A stretch of 64,000 nt of DNA from an uncultured Acidimicrobiales bacterium (GCA_963802505.1 CAWDJB010000002.1:532627-596626); one strand, 5' to 3'; counted from the stretch's first letter, positions 28,612-37,028 are shown. Notes: generated from the sequence alone by a model not told the origin. Made by a program: numbers and translations.

Positions 28612-30786
28612 CTCGACGACCTCGGTCAGCAGCGCGTTCTGGAACACGCCACCCGTCAGCACGACCGTGTCGATGGCGTGGTCGCTCGCCGCTCGCGCTG
28701 CGAGCGCGACCGTCGCCCGGCCGAACGACTCGTGGAACCCAGCGGCGAGCGAGGCTCGGTCGACCCCTCGCGCGACATCTCGCGCGAGGGCGGCGATCAT
28801 CGGCGAGGGGTCGAGCTCGGCACTTCCGTCGCCGGCGGGGGCTTCGACCTCGTAGATCGGCGCGTGCGAGCGCGGCGCACTGCGGGCGAGGGCCTCGAGC
28901 TCGATCGCGGCCTGGGCCTCGTAGGTGACGTGCGTTCGCCCGCCGAGAAGGACTGCGACCGCGTCGAACAGCCGCCCAGCGCTCGTGGTCGTCACCGCGT
29001 CGGAGCGCGCCGCGAGCGCGAGGACCGCGTCGAGGGTCGCTCCATCGATCGACGGGATGACGCGGCCCGGATCGAGACCCGCACGTGCCGCCCACACCGC
29101 AGCCATCCGCCACGGCTCGCGGATCGCCGCGACGCCGCCGGGCATCGGCGCCTCGCGCAGCCGGGCAACGCGCTCGAAGCCCGCGAAGTCAGCGACCAGC
29201 ACCTCGCCACCCCACATCGTCCCGTCGGGCCCGTAGCCGAGACCGTCATAGGCGACGCCGATCACGGGCTCAGTGCGGCCGTGCTCGACCATGCACGCGG
29301 CGACATGCGCGTGGTGGTGCTGCACCGCGATCGCAGGGAGATCGAGGTCGAGTGCGTACTTCGACGAGAGGTACTCGGGATGGAGGTCGTGCGCGACGAC
29401 CTCAGGCCGCACGCCGTACAGCGCCGGCAGATGATCGACCGCCTGGAGGAACGACGTGTAGGTCGCCAGGTGCTCGAGGTCGCCCAAGTGATGGCTCGGG
29501 ACGACCGACGGCCCCTTCGTCACCGCGATCGTCGACTTGAGCTCCGCACCGAGCGCGAGGATCGATGCCTCGGGCTCGAACGGCAACGCCAGCGGTTCGG
29601 GTGCGTGACCGCGCGACCGACGGAGGACCTGCGATCTCCCACGCGCGACCCGGGCCACCGAGTCGTCGCACCGGATGAGGATCGGCCGGTTGTGCGACAG
29701 CAGACCGTCGACGAGCGACGCGAGACGGGTTGCCGCGTCGCCGTCCTCGTGCGCGATCGGCTCGTCGCTGAGGTTGCCGCTCGTCATCACCAGCGGCCGC
29801 CCGACGCCGCCGAGCAACAAGTGGTGCAACGGCGTGTACGGCAGCATCACCCCGAGCTCCGGCAACCCAGGTGCCACCGCGTCCGCCACCGAGCTGCCGT
29901 GCCGCCGAGGCGCGAGCACGATCGGCCGGCGCGGCGAGGTCAGCTGCTGCACGGTCGCGTCGTCGACCTCGACGAGGGCCGCGGCGGCTTCGCCATCCGC
30001 CGCCATGACCGCGAAAGGCTTGTCGTCTCGGGACTTGCGGCGGCGCAGCTCGCGCACGGCATTCGCGTCCGTGGCGTCGACAGCGAGGTGATAGCCACCG
30101 ATGCCTTTGACGCCGATGATCTTCCCGGCGAGCAACGCGTCGACCGCGGCGCGCAGCGCGTCGTCGCGAGCGGACTCGAACCCTGACTGCAGATCGATCC
30201 ACCCGAGCTGAGGCCCGCACACTCCGCAGGCATTGGGTTGGGCGTGAAAACGCCGATCCGCCGGATCGTGGTACTCGTCGAGGCAGGCCGGGCACATCGC
30301 GAAGCCGGCCATGGTCGTCGCGGGCCGGTCATACGGAACGCTGCGGACGATCGTGTAGCGCGGCCCGCAGTTGGTGCAGTTCGTGAACGGGTAGCGGTAG
30401 CGACGGTTGCTCGGGTCGAGCACCTCGGCCATGCAGTCGTCGCACGTGGCCGTGTCGACGCTCACCGCGGCGGCAGGGGGCCCGGCGTCGTCCGACTCGA
30501 CGATCTCGAACCCGGCGGCACCAGCCCGACCCGAGCCGGCATCGTCGATCACGGCCTCGGCGGTGACGCTCGTGACCCGCGCCAGAGGCGGGGCTTCGTC
30601 GACGAGTAGCCGGCGCAGGGCTTCGATGACGTCCTCCTCTCCCTCGACGTCGATCAGCACGCCCGCGCTGTCGTTGCGCACCCACCCGGTCAACCCGAGG
30701 TCGACCGCGTGGCGGTACACGAACGGTCGGTAGCCCACGCCCTGCACGGTGCCGGTCACGCGGAGGCGGCGGCGGGTCACGGTCAC
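28495..30786 (-). CDS. hypF: carbamoyltransferase HypF
   Basis: Acylphosphatase domain (VTGTVQGVGYRPFV), two zinc-finger pairs (CDDCMAE...CTNCGPRYT; CPACLDEY...CGVCGP), and YrdC- and Kae1-like domains. 763 aa. Confidence 0.92.
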   Translation of the reverse strand: MTVTRRRLRVTGTVQGVGYRPFVYRHAVDLGLTGWVRNDSAGVLIDVEGEEDVIEALRRLLVDEAPPLARVTSVTAEAVIDDAGSGRAGAAGFEIVESDDAGPPAAAVSVDTATCDDCMAEVLDPSNRRYRYPFTNCTNCGPRYTIVRSVPYDRPATTMAGFAMCPACLDEYHDPADRRFHAQPNACGVCGPQLGWIDLQSGFESARDDALRAAVDALLAGKIIGVKGIGGYHLAVDATDANAVRELRRRKSRDDKPFAVMAADGEAAAALVEVDDATVQQLTSPRRPIVLAPRRHGSSVADAVAPGLPELGVMLPYTPLHHLLLGGVGRPLVMTSGNLSDEPIAHEDGDAATRLASLVDGLLSHNRPILIRCDDSVARVARGRSQVLRRSRGHAPEPLALPFEPEASILALGAELKSTIAVTKGPSVVPSHHLGDLEHLATYTSFLQAVDHLPALYGVRPEVVAHDLHPEYLSSKYALDLDLPAIAVQHHHAHVAACMVEHGRTEPVIGVAYDGLGYGPDGTMWGGEVLVADFAGFERVARLREAPMPGGVAAIREPWRMAAVWAARAGLDPGRVIPSIDGATLDAVLALAARSDAVTTTSAGRLFDAVAVLLGGRTHVTYEAQAAIELEALARSAPRSHAPIYEVEAPAGDGSAELDPSPMIAALARDVARGVDRASLAAGFHESFGRATVALAARAASDHAIDTVVLTGGVFQNALLTEVVESGLVATGIRVLVHAVVPPNDGGICVGQAAIAGWRLRAG

Positions 30787-30799
30787 CCGGCGCGCACCA

Positions 30800-31888
30800 T
30801 CAGCAGATGCGGGGCAGGGGATCGCCCACGAGCATGTCGACGATGCGAGTGCCGCCGAACGTGGTGCGCAACACGACGATTCGCGGAGGGTCGGCGACGA
30901 TCTCGCCGATCACCGCTGCGTCCTTCCCGAGCGGATGGCTGCGCAACGCATCGAGTGCGGCCGGCGCTTCGTTCGCGTCGACGACCGCGATCAGCTTGCC
31001 CTCGTTCGCGACGTAGAGCGGGTCGATGCCGAGGAGGTCGCACGCGCCGATCACTGCGGGGTTGATCGGGAGCGCGCTCTCGTCGAGCGCGACGCCGTGA
31101 CCAGAGTCGCGTGCGAGCTCGTTGCAGACGGTCCCCACTCCACCGCGCGTCGGGTCGCGCAGCCAACGGGTGCCTGGTGCGGCCGCGAGTAGATCGCTGA
31201 CGAGGGCGCCGAGGGGCGCAGTGTCGGAGCGGATGTCGGCCTCGAGCGCGAGGTCGCCGCGAGCGAGCATCACCGCCATGCCATGGTCAGCGATCGTGCC
31301 CGACACGAGCACGGCGTCGCCGGGTCGCACCCGCTCCGGACCGAGCTCACATCCTGGCGGGATCAGGCCCACACCGGCGGTGGTGATGAACAGACCGTCG
31401 GCCGCTCCACGACCCACGACCTTCGTGTCACCAGTGACGACCGAGACGCCCGCCGACCTCGCCGCGTCGGCCATGTCGGCCGCGACCGCGCGCAGCTCGG
31501 CTACCGGAAAGCCCTCTTCGATGACGAAGGCGGCGGAGAGCCACCGGGGCACGGCGCCCTGCATCGCGAGGTCGTTCACCGTCCCGTGGACCGCCAGATG
31601 CCCGATCGAGCCACCGGGGAAGCGCAGCGGCTTGACGACGAACGAGTCGGTGCTGAACGCGAGCCGCACACCGCCCGCGAGTGCCAACGTCGCTGCATCC
31701 GGCAATGGACCGGGCTCGACCTCGAACGCGGCGAGGAAGACATCGCTGACGAGGGCGGCCGACGCCTTGCCGCCGGCGCCGTGGGCGAGCGTGATGACCT
31801 CGTCTTTCAGCGTGGGCCGGCGGCGCCGGAACGCCTCGATCCGATCGAGGACCGCCGCTTCACGATCGGAGGGTGCCGCGTCACCCAT
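30800..31888 (-). CDS. hypE: hydrogenase expression/formation protein HypE
   Basis: AIR-synthase-like fold, LAHGAGGKAS, and the diagnostic C-terminal PRIC. Confidence 0.9.
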   Translation of the reverse strand: MGDAAPSDREAAVLDRIEAFRRRRPTLKDEVITLAHGAGGKASAALVSDVFLAAFEVEPGPLPDAATLALAGGVRLAFSTDSFVVKPLRFPGGSIGHLAVHGTVNDLAMQGAVPRWLSAAFVIEEGFPVAELRAVAADMADAARSAGVSVVTGDTKVVGRGAADGLFITTAGVGLIPPGCELGPERVRPGDAVLVSGTIADHGMAVMLARGDLALEADIRSDTAPLGALVSDLLAAAPGTRWLRDPTRGGVGTVCNELARDSGHGVALDESALPINPAVIGACDLLGIDPLYVANEGKLIAVVDANEAPAALDALRSHPLGKDAAVIGEIVADPPRIVVLRTTFGGTRIVDMLVGDPLPRIC

Positions 31889-32540
31889 CGAGACGCTCCA
31901 GCCGCTCCTGCACCTGTTCCCACAGAGCGCAGGCGAGCCCAGCCTGCGTCTCCTGGATGCGGTGCACGCTGTCCGAGTCGACGATCACGCAATGGTCGAC
32001 CTCGTCGGCCCGGGCGAGCTCGCCGCCGCCATAGCCAGCCAGACCGAGCGTGAGCATCCCCCGAGCGTGAGCCTCACCCAACGCGATCAGCACGTTGCGC
32101 GATCCGCCACTCGTCGAGACCCCGATTGCGATGTCACCTTGTCGACCGTGGGCGATGATCTGCCGCGAGAAGACGAGGTCGAAACCGACGTCGTTGCCCA
32201 GAGCTGTGACCACCGCGAGGTCCTCGGCGAGGTTGCGCGCCGGAACGGCTCGGCCGTGGGGAGGCGTCGCGAACAGCGCTGCGATCGACGCTGCATCCGT
32301 GGCGCTGCCGCCGTTGCCGAACGTGAACAGACGACCGCCCGCGTGGAACCTCGCCGCCATCTCCTCGGCGACTCGCGTGATGACGGTGGCTTGCCCTGCG
32401 AGTGTCGTCATCCGCAGCACCCGGCTGTCGTCACACTTCGATTGCGCCGAGCGCGCGAGATCGGTGAGCAACGCACCCGCATCGCGCTCGTTGCCTTCGA
32501 TGAACGGGTAGAGGAAGTCGGTTCCCTCGCCGGAGCTCAA
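31881..32540 (-). CDS. SIS-domain protein (GmhA / phosphoheptose-isomerase-like)
   Basis: GGRLFTFGNGGSATDA...GVSTSGGSRNV motifs. 8-nt overlap with the hypE start. Confidence 0.75.
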   Translation of the reverse strand: MSSGEGTDFLYPFIEGNERDAGALLTDLARSAQSKCDDSRVLRMTTLAGQATVITRVAEEMAARFHAGGRLFTFGNGGSATDAASIAALFATPPHGRAVPARNLAEDLAVVTALGNDVGFDLVFSRQIIAHGRQGDIAIGVSTSGGSRNVLIALGEAHARGMLTLGLAGYGGGELARADEVDHCVIVDSDSVHRIQETQAGLACALWEQVQERLERLDG

Positions 32541-33257
32541 GACGCCGACTCCACCCGCGCGATGGCCACGCCGGCGTGGATGAGCACCAGCGTCCCGGGC
32601 GGAGCGGGATCCACGAGCGTCGTGTCGACCTCTTCGACGCCGGCCGCGGTGCGTACCGACGCCATGCTCGGGCCGACGGTTGTCGCGACCTCGCCCAGGC
32701 GGCCCTCGTCCGAGCAGGTGATGCAGGTGCCGTCGGGCTCACACGCGAGGTCGGGCGAGCGCAGGAGCCCGGGGTGCTCGAAGCACACGTGCACGAGCTC
32801 CCAGAGCACGTGATAGGCGAGCACCATCGATCCGTCGTGGCGGGCGAGCGGCGACGCGTCGTCGGCCCACACGAGATGATCGGCGAGCCCCGAGCACGGG
32901 CTTGGGCCCGCAACCGATCCAGACGCTGAGCACTCCCCAGGCCGGCGCTCGTTGCATCGCGTCGCGCACGACACCGTCGTCGCTGGGGGCGACCGCGACG
33001 AGGATGTCCCCGGACCGCGCCGTCGTCCGAAGCGTCGTGATCGCGCTTGCCGCGTCGATCGCGACGGACGGCAACGCTCGCTTGCCCATGATCACCGGAT
33101 GGACGAACTCCACGGCGACGTGCCGTGCGTGCTCGGGCCAGTCCGGCGCCACGCACCACATCGTCGCTCCTGACGCGAAGCGGCGAGCCATGGCCAACGC
33201 GGCGCCAGAGAGATCGGCGTCGTCGTCGAGGCTTGGCCTCGCGGTTCTCAACGCCAC
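32537..33257 (-). pseudogene. degenerate SIS-like domain fused to a HypC-like beta-barrel, apparent frameshift near 32890
   Basis: Frame 1: ...HVAVEFVHPVIMGKRALPS...VLSVWIGCGPKP. It continues in another frame as LADHLVWADD...HVLWELVHVCFEHPGLL...CITCSDEGRLGEV...GTLVLIHAGVAIARVE (HypC-like). The junction lies at a CCCC/GGGG run. Confidence 0.65.
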
Positions 33258-33401
33258 CGCTCGGAATGTACCCCTCCATGCGTCGAGGTGCTCAGGCGTG
33301 CTTCGAGACTCTCGGGCTAGCCTTCCGCGACGAGCGGGAAACAGCAGGACGCACTCGAGATCGCGACGCTTCGTGCGTTCGTCGAGACATCGTCAGACGC
33401 G

Positions 33402-34136
33402 ATGCTCGGTCTCGACGTGTCCGAGCGCATCGTCTCCTGGAACCGCAGCGCGGAGCGGATCTTCGGTTACGACGCGAGCGAAGTGACCGGCTGTGTTGTC
33501 ACGGTGCTCTTCCCCCCACACCTCCGCGACCGGCTCGAGACGGTCGTCGGCGCGGTCAGTGCCGGGGACCGCGTCGATCACGTCGACATCGAGATGCAGC
33601 GTAAGGACGGGATGATGATCCCGGTGTGCCTTTCGGTCAGCCCGGTCCTCGGCCGCGACGGCGCCATCGACGGCGTGAGCCTCGTCGCCCGAGACATCAC
33701 AGAGCAGCAGCTCGCGCAGGCGAACCTCGCGGAGATGGAGCGGCGGCTGAGCGAGGCGGAGGCCTACGCGCACACGGGCCGGTGGATGTGGGACGTCGCC
33801 ACGGGCGCGGTCCAGTGGAGCGACGAGCTGCACCGGATCTTCGGCATCGACCCCATGGACTTCGAGGGCACGATCGAGGCCCATCTCACCCGGGTTCACC
33901 CTGACGACGTCGCCGCGCTGCAAGGGGCGATGGACCAGTCGCTCGTCACCGCCCGGCCGTTCGACACCGAGCATCGAGTGGTGCGCGGCGACGGGGAGGT
34001 GCGCTGGCTCTACACCCGTGCCGAGATCACGGTCGGCTCGACCGGGTCGGTGATCGGGATGCGCGGGGTCTCCCGCGATGTCACCGACGAGGTGCCCGTC
34101 GACCTCAGCGAGCGCGCCGAGCCTGCAGGTCGGTGA
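33402..34136 (+). CDS. tandem PAS-domain protein without an output domain; N-terminus disrupted
   Basis: Two PAS cores (VSWNRSAERIFGY...; VQWSDELHRIFGI...VRWLY). The in-frame upstream codons QQDALEIATLRAFVETSSDA belong to the first PAS domain but have no start codon. A start (ATG 33266 or 33278, MRRGAQACFETLGLAFRDERE) sits in the -1 frame and joins if one A of the AAA at 33339-33341 is removed. Confidence 0.7.
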   Translation: MLGLDVSERIVSWNRSAERIFGYDASEVTGCVVTVLFPPHLRDRLETVVGAVSAGDRVDHVDIEMQRKDGMMIPVCLSVSPVLGRDGAIDGVSLVARDITEQQLAQANLAEMERRLSEAEAYAHTGRWMWDVATGAVQWSDELHRIFGIDPMDFEGTIEAHLTRVHPDDVAALQGAMDQSLVTARPFDTEHRVVRGDGEVRWLYTRAEITVGSTGSVIGMRGVSRDVTDEVPVDLSERAEPAGR

Positions 34137-34374
34137 CGCGAGCGACCAAGTCGTCCTCGACGACCGGTGGCGGGCCCGAAGCCGGCGCGACATCGAGCAA
34201 TTCGGCCATCTCGCGAAGGGTGTGGCTCGCGTGCCGGCGGACCGTGAGCACGACATCGCGAAGCTCCTCGGACCGGCCCACCGCTCGCAGCGCTTGCGTC
34301 ACGTCGGCGTAGTCGCCGTCGAGGATCCGCGCGCCGACGACATAGCCGATGACCATGCCGATCGCGAGCTTCAC
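34105..34374 (-). CDS. small conserved protein (89 aa), paralog of 35857..36129
   Basis: GTG start overlapping the PadR-YceI stop (GTGA). Hydrophobic N-terminus, then shared motifs VVGAR...Y.DV..ALR...SEE.RD....R.H...TL. Confidence 0.55.
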   Translation of the reverse strand: MKLAIGMVIGYVVGARILDGDYADVTQALRAVGRSEELRDVVLTVRRHASHTLREMAELLDVAPASGPPPVVEDDLVARVTDLQARRAR

Positions 34375-35411
34375 GGGGCGTCGTCGATCGGCACGGCCTC
34401 GACTTGGAGCTTCACCGTGACGTCGGGGTAGATGCGGAGCATCAGCACGGTCGGAGACGTGATGTCGAAGTCACGGATGTCGAAGGCGTGGTCGCCGGTC
34501 ACGATGATCGACCCGTCAGGCCTCGGATCGACGCCGAGAGTGCCCTCGAGCTCCCTGACGACGCCGTGGAAGCCGAGACGGCCCGTGACGCGGTAACGGC
34601 CGGCGCTTCCCACCACGCTGCAGTCGGCGAGCTCGAGGTTCGCGACCGGATAGCGCCGCGCTTCGATCCGTCGCTGCAGCTCCGCGTCGTAGAGACCGTT
34701 CCCGGAGCACAGGCCGGTGACGGGCACGCCGAGCGATGCGTGTGTCGCGTCGCTCGGCCAGATCACCCCACCGCGGACCTCGGCTTCGATGAGCCCCGTC
34801 AGCCCGACGGCCCCGAACGTGATCGGGCCCACGGTCGATCGCGCCTCGATCAGGACGGCCGATCGATCTGGCAGGACGCGGTAGGTCTGAATCCGCACCT
34901 CGTCCGTCGCAGGGCCCAGGGCCCACGGGTGCTCTTCGCGCCGGGTGATCACGCTGAACAGCGGTCCGAGGCGCGTCGTCGACGCGACCGGTGACAGCGC
35001 GTCTCCGCCGCCGATCTCGCCTTCGGCTTCGGCGAGCACGGCATCGGGGGTGCCGGTCGCCGCATACCGGCGCAGCACTCGGTCGAGCGCGTCGCGTTCC
35101 TCCTTGATGACGCCCATCCACGTGCGCAGCGCGCGGTCACCCTTCGCAGTGAGGCCGTAGACACGACGCTCCTGACCGGCGGTCGGGGGGCCGGCCCACG
35201 AATCGACCAGCTGATCCTTCTCGAGCTGGGCGAGCGTGCGATAGACGCTCGGGCGATCGACGGGGCCGAACCGCAGCGCGCTCAGCGCCTTCACGAGGTT
35301 GTATCCGTAGCTCGGCTCCTCGGAGAGCAGCAGCAACACCGCGGGGAGCAAGAAGTGGCGCGGTGGAGCGAGCTCGAACCGAGAGCTGAGATCGTCCTGA
35401 CGAGCACCCAT
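34371..35411 (-). CDS. PadR-family winged-helix regulator fused to a YceI-like domain
   Basis: N-terminal half LLPAVLLLLSEEPSYGYNLVKAL...PSVYRTLAQLEKDQLV...RRVYGLTAKG (PadR). The C-terminal ~170 aa is paralogous to 20006..20518 (SAVLIEA...SGN.L.D.ELQRRI..RRYP...GRYRVTG.L.F.GV...FDIRDF). The ATG at 35411 overlaps the hypA stop. Confidence 0.7.
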   Translation of the reverse strand: MGARQDDLSSRFELAPPRHFLLPAVLLLLSEEPSYGYNLVKALSALRFGPVDRPSVYRTLAQLEKDQLVDSWAGPPTAGQERRVYGLTAKGDRALRTWMGVIKEERDALDRVLRRYAATGTPDAVLAEAEGEIGGGDALSPVASTTRLGPLFSVITRREEHPWALGPATDEVRIQTYRVLPDRSAVLIEARSTVGPITFGAVGLTGLIEAEVRGGVIWPSDATHASLGVPVTGLCSGNGLYDAELQRRIEARRYPVANLELADCSVVGSAGRYRVTGRLGFHGVVRELEGTLGVDPRPDGSIIVTGDHAFDIRDFDITSPTVLMLRIYPDVTVKLQVEAVPIDDAP

Positions 35412-35752
35412 CACGGCACGCCCGCGAGATCGATCGAGACGAGAAGCAGCTCCTCCCCTGCTTGGAGCACGACTTCGCTGCTGCCACACGAGCCACACAG
35501 CAACACCGGCAGGTCGAGGATGGTGACCTCGCCACACGCGCCGCAGGCGACGACGGCCGGCACGTGCTCGATGTCGAGCTCACATCCGGACAGGTCGGTG
35601 CCGTCGGTCAGCACCTGCCAGCAGAACGACATCGATTCGGGCACGACCTGCCGGAGGTAGCCGATGCGCACCGAAGCACGACGGACCGGCCGACCGTCCG
35701 CATGTCGCGCGACAGAGTCCGCGATGGCTTCGCACAGCGAGAGCTCGTGCAT
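35411..35752 (-). CDS. hypA: hydrogenase nickel insertion protein HypA
   Basis: MHELSLCEAI N-terminus (MHE nickel site) and two CxxC pairs (CGACG, CGSCG). Confidence 0.9.
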   Translation of the reverse strand: MHELSLCEAIADSVARHADGRPVRRASVRIGYLRQVVPESMSFCWQVLTDGTDLSGCELDIEHVPAVVACGACGEVTILDLPVLLCGSCGSSEVVLQAGEELLLVSIDLAGVP

Positions 35753-35818
35753 CGCAACCCCCGCGCGGTCGCGTGTGGACGTCCGCGCTGCCGCACGCTA
35801 CCGCGGCCGGCCTGAGGT

Positions 35819-35853
35819 GGGTCCAACAGAGTGGTCCGCCACTAGGGTCCGCC
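35819..35853 (+). promoter_or_regulatory. three GGTCC motifs phased at exactly 13 bp in the hypA / small-protein divergent region
   Basis: GGTCC at 35820, 35833 and 35846. The last two are GGTCCGCC octamers. The array ends 4 nt before the ATG at 35857. Confidence 0.35.
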
Positions 35854-35856
35854 GCC

Positions 35857-36129
35857 ATGGGCATCCTTGCGGCGTTCTTCGCCGGCTGGGTCGTGGGCGC
35901 TCGATCGGGGGAGCGTGGCTATCAGGACGTCGTCGCCGCGCTGCGAAGGCTCCGCGACTCGGAGGAGATGCGCGACCTCGGCAACGCGCTCCGCTCGCAC
36001 CTCGGGTACACGCTCGAGGATCTTGCCCGGCGCCTGCGCGGCGAGGGTGAGCCCGTGAACGTCACTGACGTGGTGGAGACGGCTCGCCGCCTCCTTCGGG
36101 GTGAAGATCCGACATCGACCTCATCGTGA
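35857..36129 (+). CDS. small conserved protein (90 aa), paralog of 34105..34374
   Basis: ATG 35857 gives MGILAAFFAGWVVGARSGERGYQDVVAALRRLRDSEEMRD... About one third of positions are identical to the other copy over the first 60 residues. Confidence 0.55.
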   Translation: MGILAAFFAGWVVGARSGERGYQDVVAALRRLRDSEEMRDLGNALRSHLGYTLEDLARRLRGEGEPVNVTDVVETARRLLRGEDPTSTSS

Positions 36130-36214
36130 GGTAGCGCCCGACGCTCGGGAGGGCCGTGACTGCCGCCCACCCCGCGGCGACGAGCACACACCAACGCACG
36201 AACCGGTACACGCG

Positions 36215-37009
36215 TCAGCCCGTGCCGGTGAGACCGAGCAGCCACTCGCACCACTCGTCGACGCCCTCGCCGGTGCGGGCGCTGGCGTGGATCACGCGGG
36301 CCCCCGGGTTCACATCGGCGAGGTTGCCGAGGAACTCGTCGAGGTCGAAGTCGAGGTGCGGGAGGAGATCGATCTTGTTGACGACGACGACGTCAGCCGA
36401 GCGGAACATCACCGGATACTTGAGCGGCTTCTCCTCGCCTTCGGTCACCGAGTACACCATCGCCCGCGCATCCGCGCCGACGTCGAACTCCGCCGGACAG
36501 ACGAGGTTCCCGACGTTCTCGATCAACAGCAGGTCGATCCGGTCGAGCGGCAGGCGCTGCAAACCCGCTCGCACCATCACTGCGTCGAGATGGCACTCGC
36601 CCCCGAAGCCGGCACTCGTGTTGACGAGCGCCACCGCCGCGCCGAGACCGTCGAGCCGATCCGCGTCGAGGCTGGTCGCGATGTCGCCTTCGAGGATGCC
36701 GACGCGCACCTGATCGCCGAGAGTCAGGAGCGAACGCTCGAGCAATGCGGTCTTGCCCGCCCCCGGCGACGACATGAGGTTGACCGACCGCACGCCCGCG
36801 TGGCGAAGGTCGTGGCGATTGGCGTCGGCGACGCGGTCGTTCTCGGAGAGGATGTCCTCGAGCACGGCCACTCGCGACACGCCGGTCTCGGTGTAGCCGC
36901 TGTGGTCACCGACGTCGAGATGGTCGGACTCGTCGTGGTCGTGCTCGTCGTGGTCGTGCTCGTCGTGCTCGTGCACAGTGCCGTCGGCGTGCCGATGGAA
37001 GCGGCCCAT
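36215..37009 (-). CDS. hypB: hydrogenase nickel incorporation GTPase HypB with His-rich N-terminus
   Basis: MGRFHRHADGTVHEHDEHDHDEHDHDESDH, then P-loop SSPGAGKT, ENVGNLVCP and NKIDL motifs. Confidence 0.9.
   Translation of the reverse strand: MGRFHRHADGTVHEHDEHDHDEHDHDESDHLDVGDHSGYTETGVSRVAVLEDILSENDRVADANRHDLRHAGVRSVNLMSSPGAGKTALLERSLLTLGDQVRVGILEGDIATSLDADRLDGLGAAVALVNTSAGFGGECHLDAVMVRAGLQRLPLDRIDLLLIENVGNLVCPAEFDVGADARAMVYSVTEGEEKPLKYPVMFRSADVVVVNKIDLLPHLDFDLDEFLGNLADVNPGARVIHASARTGEGVDEWCEWLLGLTGTG
36931..36960 (-). repeat. 15-bp tandem duplication encoding the HDEHD repeat of HypB
   Basis: GTCGTGGTCGTGCTC occurs twice in tandem (plus-strand reading), followed by a diverged third unit. 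Confidence 0.8.
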
Positions 37010-37028
37010 CGCCGGCGACCGTATCCCA

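Noticed and set aside
36130-36214. Weak hairpin (CCCGA-CGC-TCGGG) between the convergent small-protein and hypB genes, considered as a terminator.
   Set aside because: It has only a 5-bp stem and no U-tract on either strand, which is indistinguishable from background in this GC content.
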